From positions 599 to 64,598 of the forward strand of contig CALHQW010000024.1 in the NCBI GenBank assembly GCA_938040315.1: a DNA stretch of 64,000 nt, in the 5' to 3' direction. Under the pieces are notes generated by a model. It did not search any database. It saw only the letters and a program-made list of their open reading frames with translations, and was not told where the DNA came from. The stretch is from an uncultured bacterium (lineage in GTDB: Bacteria > Hydrothermota > Tepidihabitantia > Tepidihabitantales > DTDR01). The position numbers were made by a program, and so were the translations under genes. Shown here in pieces: positions 58,792-64,000 of the stretch; within the stretch, counting starts at the first letter, position 1, and each line of letters begins with the position of its first letter.

Positions 58792-61728
58792 TTACATTAT
58801 AATAGCAAATTTACCAATCTGTTTACCATACTTAGAATCCACTTGGAAAATATAAACACCGCTGGCAACTTTTTGGTCATGTTGATTTAATAAATTCCAT
58901 TCAGCGGTTCCACCAAATTTATTATTCTTCGTTCCTTTTTCCGATGATTTATGTTCAATTATCTTCACCAAATCACCAGCCAGATTGAAAATTCTGATAG
59001 TACACTCATTCGGTAAATTCACAAACTGCAACTTTCTTGCCAATGTCGTCTTTTCCCATTTATTAGTAATAATGTAAGGATTAGGAACAACCTTCACATT
59101 CAGTTTTTGACCGGTTATATCAGTAAATTCCATTTCAGTTGTTGTTATCTTAAATTTATTATAAGAAGGTGCCGTTCCATAAGTTTTAGTAGAATAAATA
59201 TACCAAGTATCACCAGGTTGAATCATCTGTTTGATTTGAGGATTTATCGCACCACCTTTTCTAATTTGGACATAACCACCAGGCAAATAAATGAAAATTT
59301 CATTATCTCTTAAGGTATCAGAAGGTCGAGAAATTCTTCCGATTTGAAATGCCCAACAATTACCATAGTTATAATAGGTACCTTGATTAAATTTTGGATT
59401 GTATTCCACGCGCACACCATTAGTTAGGTCATAAACCTCTTCTAATGTCAAACCGCCTTCTGGTTTTCTTCCCCAAACAAGTCGGTAATCAGAACCACGA
59501 AATGCCCAAGCCGCCTCCGGACATTCTTTTCCTTTTAAGGATTCGGCAGAATAACTACCATTAACATTCTTAATCTCAAAAGAGGTAAATACTGGAAGGG
59601 ATTCTACCTTTCTACTTATATTCATTGTAAAGGTCATATTCATTCCATCAAAAGTGGGGAAATAGAATTTTTCAGTTTTACCTAAAGTATAAGGTAACTG
59701 ATAAGAGATGATTGTTTCCGTATAATTCGGATCAGTAATAATTGCCTGATAAATTGGCTGTTTATTTGCTGAATCGCATATTGGGTCAAGGAAGGTTAAA
59801 AGATATTCTTTATTTTTCGCTAAATAAGGAGCGCTAAAGAAAATATCAAATTTGAATTTATTATTTATGCTATCACCAACAAGCATTTTTATTTCTGAAG
59901 AGGGTGCTTTATAATTGGCTACTTCTCTTCTTGGTGTTACTTCCACTGCCTGGATTCCAGTTTCCAATATTAAAATTTCGCCACGCATTCTGTTATAATC
60001 AAAAGAGGTAACTGCGTAATAATAAGTCTGACCATTAATCACACTATCATCAATATAGTAATAGAAAGTTCCCTTATCATCTGCCCAGACAAAGATACTT
60101 TCTTGGTAGGTGGTATCTCGACCAATTATTTTTATAGTTCTAAAAGTATCGGCATACTTAATTCCATTCTTTAAATCACAAATTGCTTTCAGTTCCCATT
60201 CAATTCCATCAAGAGATTTATAGACCTTATAACCTTCAAAATCATATTCCCGATAAGTAGTATCTCCGGTTCTTTGAGCAATTTTATAATAGGGGTCAGC
60301 AATTTTTTCCATCCGATTATCCCAAGATAGAATTACTCGTTTATCCTGAGGTATTGCAGTTACCACTGGTGGAAAAGGTGGTCCGGGTAATAACCAGTTT
60401 TTATCATAACATCGCTGTGCCTCGGCACTGGCTCGGGCTAAATCCCAAGTATCTCTTTGATTATAAGGCTGGCCTTCTTCACCATATTTGGCTGCAATAA
60501 CTGCCACTACTAATGTGGCTATTGAATCAGGTGGTAAATTGAATGGACCGCTTGATTGTAAAAATCTCTTATCTCCTGGTGTTTCATCAATATAATCATA
60601 AGGTTTATATTCTCTTGTAGTATGGTCATAACCAGCAAGCACTAAATATTTTTCCACATCCGTCCTCGGATCATTTTCAATTGGCCATCTTTTACAACTG
60701 GTCATTCCTAATTGCTCAATTTCTGAAAAATCTCGCCAAGCAGGAATTCCATCTTCATCACCATCAATTAAATCCGGACGATTATTAACAATGTAGCCAC
60801 TATCCACTTCTTGAAAGTCAATTAATCCATCGCCATCATTATCAATACCATCCCATAAGGCAAAAGGACTTTGTAAAAAGTCATAAGCAACTGCTCCCGG
60901 CGTTCCTCTTTCCCATTTGGTACTTGGATTTTCCCGATTGTCAGAATCATAAATCCAAGCAAGATTATCAATAAATATTGAATCGGTTCTTCTTCGATTA
61001 TAAATGTATTTTCTTGGTCTTCTTGTCACTTCATCATAAACCATTGCCATCATATCATCATTATAGGCACCCACATCAGCATCCAAAACCACACCAATAT
61101 ACATATTTTTTAAAGTATCACCGGAGACATTTTTCACATCATATTTTAAGAAGAAGATATCCCTGTTAGATGGTAAATTCCAATGATAAGCGGTTAAATA
61201 AATATCAACACCAATCGGTTTGGTATCACCGGGTTTGTGTTGTGGAGCATGAGCATCAGAAAAACAACACCAAACATCCATTCCGGAAACGGTATCTTGA
61301 GGTGCCATTGGAAATTTATCTTTTGGCGGTGGCCATTTATCAGGAAAATAATAGATAGTATCCGCAGCATCAGCCGGAGTTCCCGTATATCGCGAATAAA
61401 TTTCGGGCCATAATTCGCTTGAACCAGAATTAGGATCATATCCACAAGAAACTAATGTCTCACCTTGAGGAGAAATTGCGCCAATCCAAATTCCCGCACC
61501 AAAGATATAGAAATTTCTCAAAGGTCTTGGCCAAGAACCACCAGCCTCGCCTGTGCCGACTGTTGCATCAAATCCAAATCTTCCATCATTATGAAGGGGA
61601 TATCGCCAACGATTATATTCAATCCATTTTTGAACAAAAACCTTTTTTGCAGGATTAGGAACCGCTGTTTTAGCAAAAACAAGAGTAATAGAAAATAAAA
61701 TTAAGATAATTAATAACTTCTTAAACAT
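58792..61728 (-). CDS. large secreted protein (978 aa from M12) with Asp-rich Ca-binding-like loops and a T9SS C-terminal sorting domain
   Basis: Start chosen at ATG 61726-61728 (MFKKLLIILILFSITLVFA), preceded by AAGGAGGAAAG. Contains DGIDNDGDGLID and DGDEDG. The tail reads VVPNPY...IRIFNLAGDLV...SGVYIFQV...KFAIIM. Confidence 0.7.
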   Translation of the reverse strand: MFKKLLIILILFSITLVFAKTAVPNPAKKVFVQKWIEYNRWRYPLHNDGRFGFDATVGTGEAGGSWPRPLRNFYIFGAGIWIGAISPQGETLVSCGYDPNSGSSELWPEIYSRYTGTPADAADTIYYFPDKWPPPKDKFPMAPQDTVSGMDVWCCFSDAHAPQHKPGDTKPIGVDIYLTAYHWNLPSNRDIFFLKYDVKNVSGDTLKNMYIGVVLDADVGAYNDDMMAMVYDEVTRRPRKYIYNRRRTDSIFIDNLAWIYDSDNRENPSTKWERGTPGAVAYDFLQSPFALWDGIDNDGDGLIDFQEVDSGYIVNNRPDLIDGDEDGIPAWRDFSEIEQLGMTSCKRWPIENDPRTDVEKYLVLAGYDHTTREYKPYDYIDETPGDKRFLQSSGPFNLPPDSIATLVVAVIAAKYGEEGQPYNQRDTWDLARASAEAQRCYDKNWLLPGPPFPPVVTAIPQDKRVILSWDNRMEKIADPYYKIAQRTGDTTYREYDFEGYKVYKSLDGIEWELKAICDLKNGIKYADTFRTIKIIGRDTTYQESIFVWADDKGTFYYYIDDSVINGQTYYYAVTSFDYNRMRGEILILETGIQAVEVTPRREVANYKAPSSEIKMLVGDSINNKFKFDIFFSAPYLAKNKEYLLTFLDPICDSANKQPIYQAIITDPNYTETIISYQLPYTLGKTEKFYFPTFDGMNMTFTMNISRKVESLPVFTSFEIKNVNGSYSAESLKGKECPEAAWAFRGSDYRLVWGRKPEGGLTLEEVYDLTNGVRVEYNPKFNQGTYYNYGNCWAFQIGRISRPSDTLRDNEIFIYLPGGYVQIRKGGAINPQIKQMIQPGDTWYIYSTKTYGTAPSYNKFKITTTEMEFTDITGQKLNVKVVPNPYIITNKWEKTTLARKLQFVNLPNECTIRIFNLAGDLVKIIEHKSSEKGTKNNKFGGTAEWNLLNQHDQKVASGVYIFQVDSKYGKQIGKFAIIM

Positions 61729-61738
61729 CTTTCCTCCT

Positions 61739-64000
61739 TTAAAATCCAAAACCAATTCCAACTCTTACTCTTCTGGGAGGACCAAAATTCGCCGGATTAT
61801 TTATGTAATCTTCTCTTGCTTTAATATAAGAGTCGTATCTTTCCTGTTGCGAAATCCAACCATCGTGATTATAATCTCTTGCTGGATGATAACCAGCATC
61901 ACCAGGAATTTGACCATAACTAAATTGACCGACAGTAAATACTTGACCATCCCAGTCAGGTGCACCAGTTGCTGGATAAACATTTGTCACATTCAAACGA
62001 TTAGTAACATTTAAAATATCACAGAAAATTGACAAATTCAAACCACTAATTTTAATATCTTTTGATAAACGGGCATCAATATTCCAAGTTGCTGGCATTC
62101 TTGCCGAATTTAAATCACCAATTCTTGTGCCTCTAATATCTGTTGGTGTGTATGGAAAACCGCTACCAAAATTGAAGATTGCTCCAACATCAAAATCTCT
62201 CAAAGGAATAAAAACAAAATCGCTTGGAAAAGAAAGACCTACATCTAAATTCACCACATGTCTTTGATCATAATCTAAGTAATAATCAATTTGGGTAAAA
62301 GGAATACCTCGATAGTTAAAAACATACCATTGCCAAGCCTCAGCGGCTGTTCCTTTCGCAATTTGGAAAGTATAAGCCAGTTTTCCATTCCAATAATTAG
62401 AAAGCCTCTTTTGAATACCAATCTCAAAACCAAAAACCCTTCCGTATTCCACATTGGTAATAATTGTATAACCCATCGGTAATGCGGGGACCGGTCTTGT
62501 ACCTACTAAGTCATAAATATCTTTATAGAAGAGGGTTAAATCAGCACCCCAGAAATCGCTCATCTGCCATTCTAAACCACTTTCATAGGCAATTGTTCTT
62601 TGGGCATTTAAATCAGGATTACCAACAATAATATTTCCCCTCTGGATAATATCAGCAAAGAGACTTTCATATAAATTGGTAAAGGTTGGCGATTGGAAGA
62701 AATGACCATAAGAAAATCTAAATTTCATTCTTTCGGTAACGGGAAAACTAATTCCCAATCTTGGTGAAATTTTATATTTTGGTTTTGCTTCGGTAGTTGT
62801 CGTATCTAAAACATTTGTTCCATCTTCACCATATTTCCGATATCTTGATTTGGGATGAAGCATATCAAATCGCAAACCTGCTCTCACCACTAAATCGCCA
62901 AAATCAGCACGGTCTTGAAGATAATAAGCCAAACTCCAAGGATATTTTTTATAAGCATCCCAGAAAGGATTAGATGACCAAGGTAAAGAATTCTCTAATA
63001 ACCACAAAGAATATAACTTTGCTTGAAAGCCAGTTTTTATTTCGTGAATTTTCTTGTAAACATATGTGAAATCTCCTTTGAAATCATAGGTCTTTGATTG
63101 ACGGTAATGCCAGAGCCGATAATCACCATAGCAAATAAATAACGGTACTCCCCAAGGATTATTATCAGAAACATTATATTCAGTCCACTTTGCTTCTTTA
63201 TCTTTCCAAAGTTTAAAAACTGCACTTTCTGGTGAAAGTCCTTCAGGATTTTTAAATACGTAGTCTTCGGATTTAAAACGATATAAATCCCATATACCCA
63301 GTTTTTCTAAGATATGGGATTTATCTCTTTTTTGATATTCTTTATCCCTCACTGTCTGCAATCGGTCATAATAGTGATATCCGGCTTTTAAGTCTAAAAT
63401 CATATTATCTTTCAGCAAAGTATTAAAATTAAGAGCCAATTGGTCGCCAAAACTTCTAATTGCTGCATAATGGTCAAGCCAATATTTCCACGCATTTGAC
63501 CAGGCTTGCCACTGATAACAAGCAGTATAATAGGAGAGCGATAATTTTGATTTGGGTAATTTATAAGATAGTTTAATATCGCCAGTATATTCATCTCTTG
63601 GTTTTTGAAGTTTATATTTTGTTGGACTAGCATCTTCGGTATGCATCAATTCGCCAGAGATAGCATAGCGTAATTTTTTAGTAAACAAAGGACCGCTTAA
63701 AGAGAATTGATAGAAATTATAACCAAAATCTAATGCTCTGGAGGGTAAGAAATCGTCAGAAGTATATCTTAAAACTCCGGCATGTCTCTCACCACCCTCT
63801 TTTTTAATAATTTGCACGACACCAGACATTGCTTCACCATATTCGGCATCAAATCCACCAGTAATAATTGAAACTTCGGAAACTGCTGCCGAAGGCGGTC
63901 GGTGATAGGCAATTTGATAAAAGGGATCAACTGCCGAAATTCCATCAACTAATGTTAAAACTTCGTCATATCTACCACCACGCACATGGGCAAATCCACC
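61739..64000 (-). CDS. TonB-dependent receptor (N-terminus off the window end)
   Basis: The frame is open to position 64000. Plug-like RGGRYDEVLTLVDGI, a long Tyr/Gly-rich barrel, and the C-terminal ...RVGIGFGF. Confidence 0.8.
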   Translation of the reverse strand, partial: GGFAHVRGGRYDEVLTLVDGISAVDPFYQIAYHRPPSAAVSEVSIITGGFDAEYGEAMSGVVQIIKKEGGERHAGVLRYTSDDFLPSRALDFGYNFYQFSLSGPLFTKKLRYAISGELMHTEDASPTKYKLQKPRDEYTGDIKLSYKLPKSKLSLSYYTACYQWQAWSNAWKYWLDHYAAIRSFGDQLALNFNTLLKDNMILDLKAGYHYYDRLQTVRDKEYQKRDKSHILEKLGIWDLYRFKSEDYVFKNPEGLSPESAVFKLWKDKEAKWTEYNVSDNNPWGVPLFICYGDYRLWHYRQSKTYDFKGDFTYVYKKIHEIKTGFQAKLYSLWLLENSLPWSSNPFWDAYKKYPWSLAYYLQDRADFGDLVVRAGLRFDMLHPKSRYRKYGEDGTNVLDTTTTEAKPKYKISPRLGISFPVTERMKFRFSYGHFFQSPTFTNLYESLFADIIQRGNIIVGNPDLNAQRTIAYESGLEWQMSDFWGADLTLFYKDIYDLVGTRPVPALPMGYTIITNVEYGRVFGFEIGIQKRLSNYWNGKLAYTFQIAKGTAAEAWQWYVFNYRGIPFTQIDYYLDYDQRHVVNLDVGLSFPSDFVFIPLRDFDVGAIFNFGSGFPYTPTDIRGTRIGDLNSARMPATWNIDARLSKDIKISGLNLSIFCDILNVTNRLNVTNVYPATGAPDWDGQVFTVGQFSYGQIPGDAGYHPARDYNHDGWISQQERYDSYIKAREDYINNPANFGPPRRVRVGIGFGF

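Noticed and set aside
61729-61761. The longer start (MELVLDFKGGK...) for the 989-aa T9SS cargo ORF, and similarly 57698-57733 for the C11 protease.
   Set aside because: The internal ATGs (61728, 57697) begin canonical signal peptides. At 61728 the ATG is preceded by AAGGAGGAAAG. The extensions would overlap the TBDR gene or read through a terminator hairpin.

Overview
AT-rich bacterial chromosomal segment using the standard genetic code (TGA acts as a stop). It has T9SS-type surface-protein biology, which suggests an FCB-superphylum-like, probably uncultivated lineage. No rRNA, tRNA or CRISPR array was seen by eye.

Layout:
(1) 1-5700: a phage- or satellite-like mobile block. It holds a divergent TIR-like/TPR gene, an excisionase-type HTH gene, a helically phased iteron-like array, two tandem paralogous 126-aa ORFs, a holin-like ORF with an M15A endolysin, a wHTH protein, and an MNT-HEPN toxin-antitoxin pair bracketed by direct repeats. 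The block abuts a start-less 3' fragment of an LVIVD/T9SS-CTD gene at 5683-5952.
(2) 5958-9001: a lipoprotein plus beta-barrel operon. Upstream at 9006-9338 is a GC-rich, highly structured ~330-nt intergenic RNA-like element that I could not assign to any class.
(3) 9682-38174: housekeeping genes, including rimP-nusA-infB, rbfA-truB-ribF-rpmB, gmd-like sugar genes, an activase cluster, mutM, prfA-prmC, nadK, a TrpB-like gene, an orphan GC-richer pilB-pilC pair, gyrB, mltG, ruvX and hbd.
(4) 38616-45092: a 2158-aa CARDB/Kelch/T9SS giant surface protein with near-identical internal DNA repeats.
(5) clpB, a HEAT-repeat protein, purH and polA.
(6) 55688-64000: a co-directional cluster of TonB-dependent receptor, 978-aa T9SS cargo, PorV-like protein and C11 protease.

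A recurrent theme is consensus sigma70-like promoters whose -10 box ends 6-7 nt before an SD-less ATG, which implies leaderless mRNAs. All functional calls come from motif recognition by eye. No searches were run.
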